The notes below the pieces were generated by a model that worked only from the letters and a program-made list of their open reading frames with translations, had not been told where the DNA came from and searched no databases. A program made the translations under genes and the position numbers. From the sequence record NC_014792.1: a stretch of 64,000 nt of DNA; one strand, 5' to 3'. Position 1 is the stretch's first letter. Each line of letters opens with the position of its first letter. The DNA is from Escherichia phage vB_EcoM_VR7. Of this stretch, positions 52,669 through 63,862 are shown piece after piece.

Positions 52669-53613
52669 TTAATAAAATTCAGCAATATTTGCAGTTAGTT
52701 TAGACAGACCAGACTTAACAAAGTAAGGATAAACTTTACTTTTGGCTGGGATAGTGTAGTTATTATATCGTTCTAAGATTGAAGCGGATATTTCCGTTGG
52801 GATAAAGTCCATATCAATCAACAATTGGTTTTCACAGAATCTATTATATTGCTCTTCTGTTAAAAGCGTTTTCAGGACGTCATGGTCGTAATAGTTGAGC
52901 GCAATTTGTTCAAGCTCAGCAGCACGGGTCGGTGGAGTACGTTCACCTTCTTCGTGAGTGTAATAAAAATCACCACGAACTTTGATGCTTGACACGTTAT
53001 CTTTTTTGTCGCCTTTAACAACTTTTGTTACGCAATCCATAAGGGCATCGCCAGATTTTGTTTTTACATATTTTTTCTGCATCGGGGACCATTGTTTTAC
53101 CCCAGGGAATTTATGCAACTGGGTAAAGTCACCATCCGAAGAAACAATCATAACCGGATGTCCGAGACCGGTGAGCAACTTCGTTAATACTGCAATATGG
53201 TCGTCTGCCTCAACTTTATCCATATTCATCACGATGTAAGGCATGTATTTTTCCATTTCATCAATGATGATGTGCATGGCAGCATGTAGACCTTCCCAAT
53301 CGAATTGAGACTCTTCACGAGCTTTCGCACGGTTTTTCTTATAATAATAAGATTTCGTCCGGCGCCAATAACCATTCTTCGAGTTATCAACACAAATAAT
53401 TGGAATCGTATAACCGAGCTTCTTGAACTGCACAATATTTTTTCTGATGGAGTTCAGAACCAGGTGGCGGGTCATTGCGGTTGTTACCTTTGGATAACCA
53501 GCGTCTTTGCCGAATTCCTGGAATGCCGCAGCCATGATTAGCTGACTAAAATCGAGTAACTGAAAACCTTCTTTTTGACGGTCTTCTTCAGGGAGTAAAA
53601 AATCTAAATTCAT
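52669..53613 (-). CDS. rnh: RNase H (FEN-1 family 5' nuclease)
   Basis: 314 aa; acidic active-site clusters typical of 5' nucleases; position as T4 rnh. Confidence 0.9.
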   Translation of the reverse strand: MNLDFLLPEEDRQKEGFQLLDFSQLIMAAAFQEFGKDAGYPKVTTAMTRHLVLNSIRKNIVQFKKLGYTIPIICVDNSKNGYWRRTKSYYYKKNRAKAREESQFDWEGLHAAMHIIIDEMEKYMPYIVMNMDKVEADDHIAVLTKLLTGLGHPVMIVSSDGDFTQLHKFPGVKQWSPMQKKYVKTKSGDALMDCVTKVVKGDKKDNVSSIKVRGDFYYTHEEGERTPPTRAAELEQIALNYYDHDVLKTLLTEEQYNRFCENQLLIDMDFIPTEISASILERYNNYTIPAKSKVYPYFVKSGLSKLTANIAEFY

Positions 53614-53668
53614 ATGAACCTCTGTTCAATTAGTTGACTCGATTATATTAGCATAAAATTTTTAAAGC

Positions 53669-53680
53669 AATATAAATACA
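53669..53680 (+). promoter_or_regulatory. Late promoter for gene 34
   Basis: Exact TATAAATA ~30 nt upstream of the gene 34 ATG. Confidence 0.7.
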
Positions 53681-53708
53681 CGTATACCAATCAATAAGGA
53701 TAAAGCAC

Positions 53709-56700
53709 ATGGCCGATATTTTAAAACCAGCATTCAGAGCAACATCCGGTCTCGATGCTGCTGGTGAGAAAGTCATTAATGTCGCTAAAGCTGATTACTC
53801 AGTTTTGTCAGACGGCGTGAACGTAAACTTCTTTATAGAAGAAAACACAATTCAACAATATGATGCAACACGCGGATATAAGAAAGATTTTGCAGTTATT
53901 TATGATAACCGTATTTGGGTTTCCCAACGCGAAATCGCAGAACCAGCAGGCTCATTTGTTCAGCAATATTGGACTGCAACCCGTACTGACCCGAAATGGG
54001 AAACTGTTGCATCACCGACTCGTCAGCTTAATTCCGGGGAATTTATCGCGGTCGACTCAGCTGCAAGCTTTACCACATTTACATTGCCTCCGAACCCGAC
54101 TGATGGTGATACCATCGTTATTAAAGATATCGGCGGCAATACCGGTTATAATGAAATCAAAGTTCAATCTAGCAATGTGCCGGGGCAAGGTAACCAAAAA
54201 ATTGTTCGTTTTGGTAATCAGTATTCAGAAGTTTTAATTACCAAACCGTTCTCTTATAACATGCTTATTTTCTCCAACCGTTTATGGCAGTTCTGGGAAG
54301 CAGGGAACGAAGAACGTGGAATAAGAATTGAACCAAGCTCTGGTAAATATCGTGCTCAGGCTGCAGACTTTATTATGCGCCGCTACACGACTGCAGAGAA
54401 GATTACATTTGTTCTTCCTAAGTATGCTAACCAAGGTGATATTGTCAAATCGGTAGATATAGATGGATTAGGGCCATTATATCACCTGGATGTTGAAACG
54501 TTTGACGAGTCAAGCTCTCTGGGTAAACAGGGACAGCACAGTATGGAATTCCGTACAACTGGTGATGGCTTCTTCGTTTATAATGCCACTGAAAAACTGT
54601 GGGTGACTTGGGATGGTGATAACAAAACTCGCCTGCGTGTAATCCGTGACAGTGTGAAATTGCTGCCAAACGAAAGCATTATCGTATTTGGTAATGATAA
54701 CAGCACTCCACAGACAATTAACATCGACCTTCCAACGGGTGTTCGTCCTGGGGACGTAGTTAAGATTGCTCTGAACTATCTTCGCAAGGCACAGACTGTT
54801 AATATTAAGGCCACCGCGCTTGATAAAATCGCGTCTTCTGTTCAGCTGCTTCAGTTCCCGAAACGTTCGGAATATCCACCTGACACTGAATGGGTATTGG
54901 TTGACTCTTTGACTTTCAATGGCAACATAAGTTATACGCCGGTTATCGAATTAAGTTATCTTGAAGATACGGTTAAGAACATTAACTATTGGGTTGTTGC
55001 ACAAAACGTTCCGACTGTTGAGCGTGTTGACTCAAAAGATGATTTGACCCGAGCTCGTCTGGGTGTTATTGCACTGGCTAACCAGGCTCAGGTTAACGTT
55101 GACCATGAAAATAACCCTGAAAAAGAATTAGCAATTACCCCGCAAACTTTAGCTAACCGTGTGGCTACTGAATCACGCCGCGGTATTGCACGAATCGCTA
55201 ACACAGCACAGGTTAACCAGGATACGACTTTTGCTTTCCAGGATGATATTATCGTTTCTCCGAAAAAGTTAAACGAACGTACAGCTACAGAAACAAGACG
55301 TGGGCTCGCAGAAATCGCCACACAGCAAGAAACTGATGCAGGTATAGATGATACCACAATCATCACTCCACGCAAGCTACAAGCTCGCCAGGGCTCCGAA
55401 AGCTTATCGGGTATTGTCAAGTATGTTCCTACTACTGGGACTACTCCAGCTGCAAGTCGTATAACTGTTGGGACTAACGTTTATAATAAGAACACAACTA
55501 ATTTAGTTATTTCTCCTAAAGCTTTAGACCAATATAAAGCTGACCAGAATAACCAAGGTGCTGTATATCTAGCAACTCAGTCAGAAGTTAACGCAGGGGC
55601 AACAAATACAGGATTCAGTAACTCGGCAGTAACTCCTGAAACATTAGGTGCTCGCAGAGCAACAGATTCAAACCACGGTTTAATCGAGATTGCAACTCAG
55701 GTTGAAACTAATGCCGGTACTGATTATACCAGAGCTGTAACTCCTAAAACGTTGAATGACCGTAAAGCAACAGAATCATTATCCGGCATAGCCGAGATTG
55801 CTACGCAATCAGAATTTGATACTGGAACTGATGATACTCGTATTGCAACGCCATTAAAAATTAAAACTAGATTTAATAATACTGCTCGTACTTCTGTTAT
55901 TGCAGCAAGTGGTTTAGTAGAAACAGGGACGCTCTGGGACCATTATACGCTGAATATTCTTGAAGCAAATGAGACTCAACGTGGCACCGCAAGACTGGCT
56001 ACTCAGTTGGAAGTAAACACGGGTACTGACGATAAAACAATCGTTACTCCGCTTAAGTTGATGTCGAAAAAAGCTACAGAAGGCACCGAAGGTATTGTTC
56101 GCATCGCTACTCGCGCAGAAACCATCGCAGGAACAAGTTCAGTTCTGGCTGTTTCTCCGGTAAGTCTGAAATGGATTGTACAGTCCGAACCAACATGGGC
56201 AGCAACCACGACGACACGCGGCTTTGTTAAGATGTCTGAAGGCGCAATTACTTTTGTCGGTAATGCAACCGCAGGTTCCACTCAGGCTCTTGACCTGTAC
56301 GAGAAAAATAGCTATGCTATTTCGCCATACGAGTTAAACAAAACCCTTGGTAACTTCCTGCCGCGTTTGGCAAAAGCGGTAGACTCTGATAAATTGGACA
56401 ACCTGGACAGTACGCAGTTCGTTCGTCGTGATGTAGCCCAGGATATTAACGCTGCTATGACATTTAAACAGCCTGTAAGAATTGAAAGTACTTTAACCGT
56501 TACAGGTGTGGTTAATTTGAGTGGTTCTATTACTTCAAATAATACTACATTAACCGGTTCTACTACAATCAATAGCAATTCTACAGTAGGTGCTCTGAAT
56601 TACATTGAGTTTACTTCAGAATCTCAAGGCTCCGGTACTTGGAACTCCCAACATGATAGTAATGTTAAAGCTCCTGTATTTTTAAATATAACTACTCCGG

Positions 56701-57584
56701 TAGGCTCATCTAGATATGTTCCTTTAATTAAGCAACGTTATAAAGATGGGACATTTACCTTTGGTACATTGATAAATGAACCCACCTCAAATGATGAGGG
56801 TGCTTTTATTCTTCACTATATAGATGCGGTAAAACCCCAGCGCAAATGGACCTTTAGACGTAACGGCGATTTAGAAATAACTGCAGGTAATTTCGTTCTT
56901 GGTAATGGGTCTGCTATAATTAACGGGGGTCTTAGTGTTACTAAAGCTTCAGGTATCACAACCACCGGGCTAGTTGCTAATAGTGAATCTAGATTCGAAG
57001 GCGCTGTTACTATTAACAACTTCCTTACGGTAAGCAACAAAGCTACACTTAACAACGGCTTAGCTGTTCAGAAATATGCAAGGGTTGCAGGAGATAAGAC
57101 TTCTGATATCTATAGTAGAAAACCTACAATGGATACCGCAGGTTTTTGGTCTGTTGACATTAATGATTCAGCCACATATAATCAGTTCCCGGGTTATTTC
57201 AAAATGGTTGAAAAGACCAACGAAGTAACTGGTCTGCCTTATTTGGAGCGTGGTGAAGAAGTTAAATCACCGGGTACATTAACTCAGTTTGGTAACACAC
57301 TGAATTCACTCTATCAAGATTGGATTACTTATCCGAATACGACCACGGCAAGCACCACTCGCTGGACTCGTACATGGCAGCAGAACAAAAATGCATGGTC
57401 TGGTTTTGTTCAGGTCTTTGATGGTGGTAACCCACCGCAGCCTTCGGATATCGGTGCATTGCCTGCTGATAACGCTTCGATGAGCAACCTGACTATCAGA
57501 GATTGGTTAAGAATCGGTAACGTACGTATTGTTCCGGACCCAGTAACTAAATCCGTTAAATTCGAATGGATTGATACACCATAA
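53709..57584 (+). CDS. 34: Long tail fibre proximal subunit gp34
   Basis: 1291 aa; many near-identical blocks to T4 gp34 (LLQFPKRSEYPP, TAVTPKTLNDRKATESLSGIAEIATQ, WDHYTLNILEANETQRGT, FPGYFKMVEKTNEVTGLPYLERGEEVKSPGTLTQFGNTL, GNVRIVPDP). Confidence 0.97.
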   Translation: MADILKPAFRATSGLDAAGEKVINVAKADYSVLSDGVNVNFFIEENTIQQYDATRGYKKDFAVIYDNRIWVSQREIAEPAGSFVQQYWTATRTDPKWETVASPTRQLNSGEFIAVDSAASFTTFTLPPNPTDGDTIVIKDIGGNTGYNEIKVQSSNVPGQGNQKIVRFGNQYSEVLITKPFSYNMLIFSNRLWQFWEAGNEERGIRIEPSSGKYRAQAADFIMRRYTTAEKITFVLPKYANQGDIVKSVDIDGLGPLYHLDVETFDESSSLGKQGQHSMEFRTTGDGFFVYNATEKLWVTWDGDNKTRLRVIRDSVKLLPNESIIVFGNDNSTPQTINIDLPTGVRPGDVVKIALNYLRKAQTVNIKATALDKIASSVQLLQFPKRSEYPPDTEWVLVDSLTFNGNISYTPVIELSYLEDTVKNINYWVVAQNVPTVERVDSKDDLTRARLGVIALANQAQVNVDHENNPEKELAITPQTLANRVATESRRGIARIANTAQVNQDTTFAFQDDIIVSPKKLNERTATETRRGLAEIATQQETDAGIDDTTIITPRKLQARQGSESLSGIVKYVPTTGTTPAASRITVGTNVYNKNTTNLVISPKALDQYKADQNNQGAVYLATQSEVNAGATNTGFSNSAVTPETLGARRATDSNHGLIEIATQVETNAGTDYTRAVTPKTLNDRKATESLSGIAEIATQSEFDTGTDDTRIATPLKIKTRFNNTARTSVIAASGLVETGTLWDHYTLNILEANETQRGTARLATQLEVNTGTDDKTIVTPLKLMSKKATEGTEGIVRIATRAETIAGTSSVLAVSPVSLKWIVQSEPTWAATTTTRGFVKMSEGAITFVGNATAGSTQALDLYEKNSYAISPYELNKTLGNFLPRLAKAVDSDKLDNLDSTQFVRRDVAQDINAAMTFKQPVRIESTLTVTGVVNLSGSITSNNTTLTGSTTINSNSTVGALNYIEFTSESQGSGTWNSQHDSNVKAPVFLNITTPVGSSRYVPLIKQRYKDGTFTFGTLINEPTSNDEGAFILHYIDAVKPQRKWTFRRNGDLEITAGNFVLGNGSAIINGGLSVTKASGITTTGLVANSESRFEGAVTINNFLTVSNKATLNNGLAVQKYARVAGDKTSDIYSRKPTMDTAGFWSVDINDSATYNQFPGYFKMVEKTNEVTGLPYLERGEEVKSPGTLTQFGNTLNSLYQDWITYPNTTTASTTRWTRTWQQNKNAWSGFVQVFDGGNPPQPSDIGALPADNASMSNLTIRDWLRIGNVRIVPDPVTKSVKFEWIDTP

Positions 57585-57592
57585 GAGGTATT

Positions 57593-58729
57593 ATGGAAAA
57601 ATTTATGGCTGAATTTGGACAGGGATATGTCCAGGTTCCCGTGCTTTCTGAAAATAACGCAGTAAGATATAAATTGTCGATTGCAGGGACTTGTACTAAA
57701 TCGCCAAACTATCCCTACGTTAAGTTTCAAGATGAGGCCTTCGGGCCTCAGAACTTCCAGAATGGATTAAACCTTATTGAAATCGACCCGGTAACAAATA
57801 CAATTACAGCAACCAAAAACTATGGTTTCACAAAGGATTATGATGTAATTTCACAAGCTTTTGTGACTTACATTAATTCAATCCCGGCTGGTAGAATTGT
57901 TTGTTTGATATCACAGGGTAAATTAAATGCATCACAGACTTTAATAAATTGGTTTCGTACCCATGGTTCGACTGCATTCCCAGATAAGTGGTTAATCGAC
58001 CAGGTTGACACATCTTATGCAGCCTTTTATATCTCAGGTCGAAATGCAATCGTTAAAGAACATGTGCTGTATAATGATGGGGTAACTGTTGAGGATGTAT
58101 TGACTCCATTGGAAATGGTGTACGACGACTTTGCTGATGTGGGTGGCACAGGCTTCCCTGTACGAGTCGTGGAAGACGAAAATACATATTACAATAATGT
58201 TACACAAGAAATAAAACGCTTCCCCACAGACGACCCTATCACTCCTGTGGCCGCATATAATATGGCTCCTGGTGATACATTTTATCTGAAGTTTCAATTG
58301 ACATATGACCAGGCCCTTAAAGACCTTGGGACAACTCAAATGTCTGTACGATTCTTTACTGGTCAGACAATGATTCAGTCAAATGATTATGATATCCCGG
58401 CGACTGGTCAGGCAAGTCCGCCAGCTGGTGCATGGATGACGTTTGAACGTTATGTAGTTGTTCCACCGAATGCTGATGGATTTACATTATATGCAAGGAA
58501 GACTGTAACCGCAGGTCAGGGTGGAGTAAGGAATATTTTCTTCACAGAAATAGCGAGACAAGAAACTCAAGCCAAATCTGCTGAAATCGGTGTCAACGGT
58601 ATAAGAATGGTTGTTGCCGGAGAACCAGGTAATATGGGTAATGTCATTGCACAATTGAATGATAAAAATGCAACAAGGTCCAGTCAAGCTGGATTCGTAT
58701 TTGCGGCTGAATTCAGAGAAAAACAATAA
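57593..58729 (+). CDS. 35: Tail fibre hinge connector gp35
   Basis: 378 aa; position and size as T4 gp35; terminator follows. Confidence 0.8.
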   Translation: MEKFMAEFGQGYVQVPVLSENNAVRYKLSIAGTCTKSPNYPYVKFQDEAFGPQNFQNGLNLIEIDPVTNTITATKNYGFTKDYDVISQAFVTYINSIPAGRIVCLISQGKLNASQTLINWFRTHGSTAFPDKWLIDQVDTSYAAFYISGRNAIVKEHVLYNDGVTVEDVLTPLEMVYDDFADVGGTGFPVRVVEDENTYYNNVTQEIKRFPTDDPITPVAAYNMAPGDTFYLKFQLTYDQALKDLGTTQMSVRFFTGQTMIQSNDYDIPATGQASPPAGAWMTFERYVVVPPNADGFTLYARKTVTAGQGGVRNIFFTEIARQETQAKSAEIGVNGIRMVVAGEPGNMGNVIAQLNDKNATRSSQAGFVFAAEFREKQ

Positions 58730-58762
58730 GGGCCTTCGGGTCCTTTTTTCGTTATAAATACT
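58727..58762 (+). promoter_or_regulatory. Terminator after gene 35 followed by a late promoter for gene 36
   Basis: gggcc-ttcg-ggtcc hairpin with TTTTTT, then TATAAATA at ~58753-58760. Confidence 0.75.
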
Positions 58763-58785
58763 CCTATCTAATAAGGGGAACTAAT

Positions 58786-59445
58786 ATGGCCGATTTAAGA
58801 GTAGGCTCAACGACTGGCGGGTCAGTAATATGGCACCAGGGTAATTTTCCGTTGACGCCGGTTAGCAACGATGTTTTTTACAAAACATACAAAGTATACA
58901 CAGAATTCAATAAACCACAAGCAGCAGATAACGACTTTGTTTCTAAAGCAGCAGGTGGGACATATCTGAACACTGTAGGGTTTGATAAAGATTTACAGTT
59001 TAAAGACACCGATGGGTATTGGGTTAAATTAGGACGTAAAGTAAACAACTCCCCAATGTCTGCTACATATTCTTTCTCTTTTAGAATGAGTAAAGGAATG
59101 GGCCTTGAGACATCTGATGGTACTCCGTTTGTAATTTTTGACCCGACTACTGTTGTAGGTGCAAACCGTCTTACTGTAATGGGCGATATCCTTGGTCGTC
59201 AAATTAAAGACGAATCAGGTCGAGTGTTTTCTCCAGGGAATACTCCGTCAAAAGCACAAGTTGGCTTGAGTGATGTGGATAACGCCAAACAGGTCCAAAT
59301 AAATAATAGTAACATACAATCAATGGCTGGTGTTCTTTCAGCCCCAAATTTTATATCTAGGAACCCAGGTACGTTGAACGAACACGTTCCTCGTATTGAC
59401 CAGGTTGTTCTTAGAGGTACATACGAAGATTTTGGATATTATTAA
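58786..59445 (+). CDS. 36: Long tail fibre distal connector gp36
   Basis: 219 aa; late promoter upstream; position as T4 gp36. Confidence 0.8.
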   Translation: MADLRVGSTTGGSVIWHQGNFPLTPVSNDVFYKTYKVYTEFNKPQAADNDFVSKAAGGTYLNTVGFDKDLQFKDTDGYWVKLGRKVNNSPMSATYSFSFRMSKGMGLETSDGTPFVIFDPTTVVGANRLTVMGDILGRQIKDESGRVFSPGNTPSKAQVGLSDVDNAKQVQINNSNIQSMAGVLSAPNFISRNPGTLNEHVPRIDQVVLRGTYEDFGYY

Positions 59446-59453
59446 GAGGCAAT

Positions 59454-62400
59454 ATGGCTACTTTAAAAGCGATACAATTTAAAAGAAGTAAGACAGCTGG
59501 TGCCAAGCCTACTGTAGACCAGTTGGTTGAAGGTGAACTGGCTATTAACTTACGCGACCGTACTATTTTTACCAAGTCTGACCAGAACCAGATTATTGAC
59601 CTTGGTTTTGCTAAAGGTGGTCAGGTTGACGGCAACGTTACTATTAACGGACTTTTGACCCTTAATGGCGATTACACCCAAACTGGTGGGATGCAAGTAA
59701 CTGGTGATATTTACTCTGGTGCAGGCGTTAGCGCCTTAGTTTATCGAGCAAGAAATGGCTCTTTTTATTCAAGAGCATCAAATGAGACGTCTAACGCCCA
59801 CATGTGGTTTGAAAATGCAAATGGTTCTGAACGTGGTGTTTTATATGCCAAACCACAGCTTGAAAATGAAGGTACTATTACCATGCGAGTTAAGCAGGGT
59901 ACAGCAGCAGGTGCCGGCAATATAGAATTCCATTTTATTTCTTCAGGTGGTGGTATTTTTCAGGCCCCTATTTTAAAGGCTACGACATCTATCACCACTC
60001 CTACTATTACGGTTAACCTGGTCAATCATGATTTCAAAGCGTTTGGTCAATACGACAGTCAGTCTTTAGTTAACTATGTTTATCCTGGAACCGGCGAAAC
60101 GAATGGTGTAAACTATCTTCGTAAAGTTCGCGCTAAGTCCGGTGGCACTATGTGGCATGAGCTTTGTACTGCTCAATTAGGCCAAGCTGATGAAATTTCT
60201 TGGTGGACAGGTAATACTCCACAGTCAAAACAGTATGGTATTCGTAACGACGGACGAATGGCCGGCCGTAATAGCCTTGCATTAGGTACATTCACTGAAG
60301 GTTTCCCATCTAGTGATTATGGTAGCTTCGGTGCAATGGGCGATAAGTATCTTGTTCTCGGTGACATTGCAACTGGTCTGAAATATATCAAACAAGGTAA
60401 TTTTGATTTAGTTGGCGGCGGATATTCTGTTGCGTCAATTACCACAGACGGGTTCCGTGGCACAAGTAAAACCTTATTTGGCCGTAGTAATGACCAAGGT
60501 TTAACATGGCTTCTTCCCGGCCAAAACTCCTCAATGGTTTCAATTCGTACAGAAATTGATGGTAATAACTCCGGTGACGGACAAACCCACCTTGGTTATA
60601 ACAGTAATGGTAAACTTTATCACTATTTTCGTGGTACAGGTCGTGTAGCTATTTCAATGGCTGAGGGGCTTATTGTTGAGCCAGGAATTTTAGATATTAA
60701 AACCGGTTCCAATGGCGTTGCTATTAGAGCGGACGGAACAGTATCTTCAATACAAAGAATTAAATTTGATAACGGATTAGTTCTTACTGGTGCTAGACCC
60801 GACGGTATTCAACTTGACGCTCCTACAGCAGCAGATGGCACTAAAACTATACTGTGGGCTGGTGGTACTCGCACAGGTCAGAATAAAAGTTATGTATCTA
60901 TTAAAGCGTGGGGTAATTCATTTAATGCCACTGGTGATAAATCTCGTGAATCTGTTTTCGAGGTTGCTGATGGTAACGGTTATTATTTTTATGCTCAACG
61001 CGTAGCTCCTACTGGTGTTGAAACGGTTGGTCCTGTGGTTATGCAATTAGCGGGTAGTTTATTGGCCCGTGGTACATTAAACACTGATAGCAATCTTTAT
61101 GTGAAAGGATTGAGTACACATGAAGGTGCTGTGACCATGAATAATGGTCTTCGCTTAGTCGGTGGTTCTTCTATTACCGGCCAAGTTAAAATCGGCGGAA
61201 CTGCTAATGCATTAAGAATTTGGAATGCCGAATACGGTGCTATTTTCCGTCGTTCTGAAAGTAACTTTTATATTGTTCCAACCAATCAAAATGAAGGCGA
61301 AAGTGGAGACATTCACAGCTCTTTAAGACCAGTGAGAATAGGATTAAGCGATGGTGCAGTTGGGTTAGGAAGAGATTCTTTTATAGTAGATCAAAATAAT
61401 GCTTTAACTACGATAAACAGTAACTCTCGCATTAATGCTAACTTTAGAATGCAATTAGGACAATCCGCTTATATTGATGCTGAATGTACTAACACAGTTA
61501 GCCCGGCTGGTGCAGGGACTTTTGCTTCACAAAATAATGAAAACGTTCGTGCTCCATTCTATATGAATATTAATCGTACAGATACAAGTACTTACGTTCC
61601 TATTTTGAAACAACGATATGTCCAAGGAAACAGTTGTTATTCTCTGGGAACTCTACTTAACGGCGGTAACTTCAGAGTTCATTATCATGAAGGCGGCGAC
61701 AATGATTCAACAGGCCCTTTAGTTAAATACTATGGGTGGGAATTCAATAGAACAGGCGATTTTATTTCCCCTGGTAAATTAGGTGCTGGTGCGGTTCGTA
61801 TTGGTACTGACGGTAATATTACAGGTGGTTCTGGCAACTTTGCTAACTTGAACAGTACAATCGAATCGCTTAAAATCGATATTGTATCAAGCTATCCAAT
61901 TGGTGCCCCTATTCCATGGCCAACAGATACTCCTCCTGCTGGTTATGCTTTAATGACGGGTCAAACCTTTGATACCGGAGCTTATCCTAAACTGGCTGTT
62001 GCGTATCCTAGTGGGGTTATTCCGGATATGCGTGGACAAACTATCAAAGGTAAACCAAGTGGTCGAGCTGTGTTGAGTGCGGAAGCTGATGGTATTAAGT
62101 CTCACAACCATGGCGGCTCTGTTGCGAGTACTGATTTAGGTACTAAGACCACCTCATCATTTGATTATGGTACTAAGACCACCTCATCATTTGATTATGG
62201 TACTAAAACCAGTAACACAACAGGTAACCATAACCATAGCGTTAGTGGTACTACTAGCTCGGCTGGTGCTCATACCCATACACTTACATTTCATAATGGC
62301 GCTTCCAGCGGTGGTTCTGTGGTCGGTGCAAGTCCTTCCGATTATACGGCAAAAACTACAACTACTAGTTCAGCCGGTGCTCATACTCATACTTGGTCAG

Positions 62401-62594
62401 GTACTACCAACACTACCGGTAACCATGCCCACACCGTTGGTATTGGTGCTCATAGCCATTCGGTCGGCATTGGTGCTCATACGCACACAGTAGCAATCGG
62501 GTCCCACGGTCATGGTCTTACCATAAATAGTACAGGTAATACAGAAAACACGGTTAAAAACATTGCTTTTAACTATATCGTTCGTTTAGCATAA
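59454..62594 (+). CDS. 37: Long tail fibre distal subunit gp37 (receptor-binding fibre) with His-rich C-terminal repeats
   Basis: 1046 aa; position and size as T4 gp37; C-terminal HxH-type repeats (GAHTHT, GNHAHT, GAHSHS, GSHGHG). Confidence 0.9.
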   Translation: MATLKAIQFKRSKTAGAKPTVDQLVEGELAINLRDRTIFTKSDQNQIIDLGFAKGGQVDGNVTINGLLTLNGDYTQTGGMQVTGDIYSGAGVSALVYRARNGSFYSRASNETSNAHMWFENANGSERGVLYAKPQLENEGTITMRVKQGTAAGAGNIEFHFISSGGGIFQAPILKATTSITTPTITVNLVNHDFKAFGQYDSQSLVNYVYPGTGETNGVNYLRKVRAKSGGTMWHELCTAQLGQADEISWWTGNTPQSKQYGIRNDGRMAGRNSLALGTFTEGFPSSDYGSFGAMGDKYLVLGDIATGLKYIKQGNFDLVGGGYSVASITTDGFRGTSKTLFGRSNDQGLTWLLPGQNSSMVSIRTEIDGNNSGDGQTHLGYNSNGKLYHYFRGTGRVAISMAEGLIVEPGILDIKTGSNGVAIRADGTVSSIQRIKFDNGLVLTGARPDGIQLDAPTAADGTKTILWAGGTRTGQNKSYVSIKAWGNSFNATGDKSRESVFEVADGNGYYFYAQRVAPTGVETVGPVVMQLAGSLLARGTLNTDSNLYVKGLSTHEGAVTMNNGLRLVGGSSITGQVKIGGTANALRIWNAEYGAIFRRSESNFYIVPTNQNEGESGDIHSSLRPVRIGLSDGAVGLGRDSFIVDQNNALTTINSNSRINANFRMQLGQSAYIDAECTNTVSPAGAGTFASQNNENVRAPFYMNINRTDTSTYVPILKQRYVQGNSCYSLGTLLNGGNFRVHYHEGGDNDSTGPLVKYYGWEFNRTGDFISPGKLGAGAVRIGTDGNITGGSGNFANLNSTIESLKIDIVSSYPIGAPIPWPTDTPPAGYALMTGQTFDTGAYPKLAVAYPSGVIPDMRGQTIKGKPSGRAVLSAEADGIKSHNHGGSVASTDLGTKTTSSFDYGTKTTSSFDYGTKTSNTTGNHNHSVSGTTSSAGAHTHTLTFHNGASSGGSVVGASPSDYTAKTTTTSSAGAHTHTWSGTTNTTGNHAHTVGIGAHSHSVGIGAHTHTVAIGSHGHGLTINSTGNTENTVKNIAFNYIVRLA
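62139..62216 (+). repeat. 30-bp in-frame tandem repeat in the gp37 C-terminal tip region
   Basis: ggtactaagaccacctcatcatttgattat x2 plus a partial third copy; encodes [10 protein letters not shown] repeats next to the His-rich motifs. Confidence 0.85.
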
Positions 62595-62597
62595 GGA

Positions 62598-62616
62598 GAG
62601 GGGCTTCGGCCCCTTC
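62598..62616 (+). promoter_or_regulatory. UUCG-loop hairpin immediately upstream of the gene 38 start
   Basis: ggggc-ttcg-gcccc between the gene 37 stop and the gene 38 ATG. Confidence 0.45.
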
Positions 62617-62621
62617 TGAAT

Positions 62622-63167
62622 ATGAAAATTTATCACTTTTATTTTGACACAAAAGAATTTTACAAAGAAGAAAATTATAAACCCATTAAAGGTCTTGGTC
62701 TTCCTGCTCATTCAACAATTAAAAAACCTTTAGAACCTAAAGAAGGTTTCGCTGTTATATTTGATGAACGCACTCAAGACTGGATTTATGAAGAAGACCA
62801 TCGAGGCAAACGTGCATGGACTTTTAATAAAGAAGAAATCTTAATAAATGACATAGGAAGTCCGATTGGTATAACTTTCGATAAACCTGGTGAGTTTGAT
62901 ATATGGACAGATGATGGCTGGAAAGAAGACGAAACATATAAACGAGTAATGATTCGTAATCGGAAAATCGAGGGGTTTTATAAAGAATTCCAGGTATTAA
63001 GTAATATGGTTGAAGCCTCTGTTGCTGATAAGAAAGAAAAATTCTATCACCAGAATCTTAAACGTTTCTTTGCTCTTTTAGAAAAACACGAACACTTAGG
63101 TGGTGAATTTCCGGCTTGGCCAGAGAAAGAGAAAAAATCCTTTTTCAAAAGATTGTTTAAAAAATAA
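62622..63167 (+). CDS. 38: Tail fibre assembly chaperone gp38 (T4 type)
   Basis: Near-identical to T4 gp38 from the N-terminus (MKIYH.YFDTKEFYKEENYKP.KGLGLPAHSTIKKPLEPKEG.AV.FDERTQDWIYEEDHRGKRAWTFNKEEI). Confidence 0.95.
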   Translation: MKIYHFYFDTKEFYKEENYKPIKGLGLPAHSTIKKPLEPKEGFAVIFDERTQDWIYEEDHRGKRAWTFNKEEILINDIGSPIGITFDKPGEFDIWTDDGWKEDETYKRVMIRNRKIEGFYKEFQVLSNMVEASVADKKEKFYHQNLKRFFALLEKHEHLGGEFPAWPEKEKKSFFKRLFKK

Positions 63168-63179
63168 TAACGCAAAAGC

Positions 63180-63191
63180 ATTATAAATATC
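63180..63191 (+). promoter_or_regulatory. Late promoter for holin gene t
   Basis: Exact TATAAATA ~20 nt upstream of the t ATG. Confidence 0.7.
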
Positions 63192-63207
63192 TTTAAAGGA
63201 GAAAAGT

Positions 63208-63861
63208 ATGGAACCAAAAGTAGGAATCTCAATTCCCGACCTACTTTTTGGACTTCTTGATAGAATTTTTAAAGATAATGCAACCGGGAAAGTTGTTTTT
63301 TCCCGGGTACTAGTTATTGTTCTATTATTTTTAATGGCGGTAATCTGGTATAAAGGTGATGCAATTTTAGATGCGTATAGGGATGCTTCATATGCCTCGT
63401 ACACAGAAATGATAAGGCAAGACCAGGATAACAGATTTAAAATTGCAGCTATCGAGCAAATCCAGATAGTTCACTCATCAAGCGGAGCAGACTTTACAGC
63501 GATATATTCCTTTAGACCCACTAACCTTAACTACTTCGTGGATATGGTGGGGTATGAGGGGATATTACCTGAATCAGTTGACGAAAAAAATTTGGGTGGG
63601 TTTCCAATAGATAAGACTTCAGCGGAATATTTGGCGGGGGTTAATGGTAATTATTTTGAATCTGGTACGGAATCTGTATTCTTACCAACAAAGAAAAAAA
63701 GCAGCTTCGCATATATGTTCAGCTGCCCATTCTTTAATTTGGAAAACGTTTATGCTGGCACGGTTTCGCTGTACTGGTATAAGCAAAAACCCGACCTTGG
63801 TTTTGATAGACTTTCTGCTATGTGTGGACAAGCAGGTCGTACGCTCGGGCGTACACGTTAG
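63208..63861 (+). CDS. t: Holin T
   Basis: Strong similarity to T4 T (D.LFG.LDR.FKDNATGKV, one N-terminal TM helix, VYSFRP.NLNYFVD, CPFFNL.N.YAGT...YWY); 217 aa; late promoter upstream. Confidence 0.95.
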   Translation: MEPKVGISIPDLLFGLLDRIFKDNATGKVVFSRVLVIVLLFLMAVIWYKGDAILDAYRDASYASYTEMIRQDQDNRFKIAAIEQIQIVHSSSGADFTAIYSFRPTNLNYFVDMVGYEGILPESVDEKNLGGFPIDKTSAEYLAGVNGNYFESGTESVFLPTKKKSSFAYMFSCPFFNLENVYAGTVSLYWYKQKPDLGFDRLSAMCGQAGRTLGRTR

Positions 63862-63862
63862 A

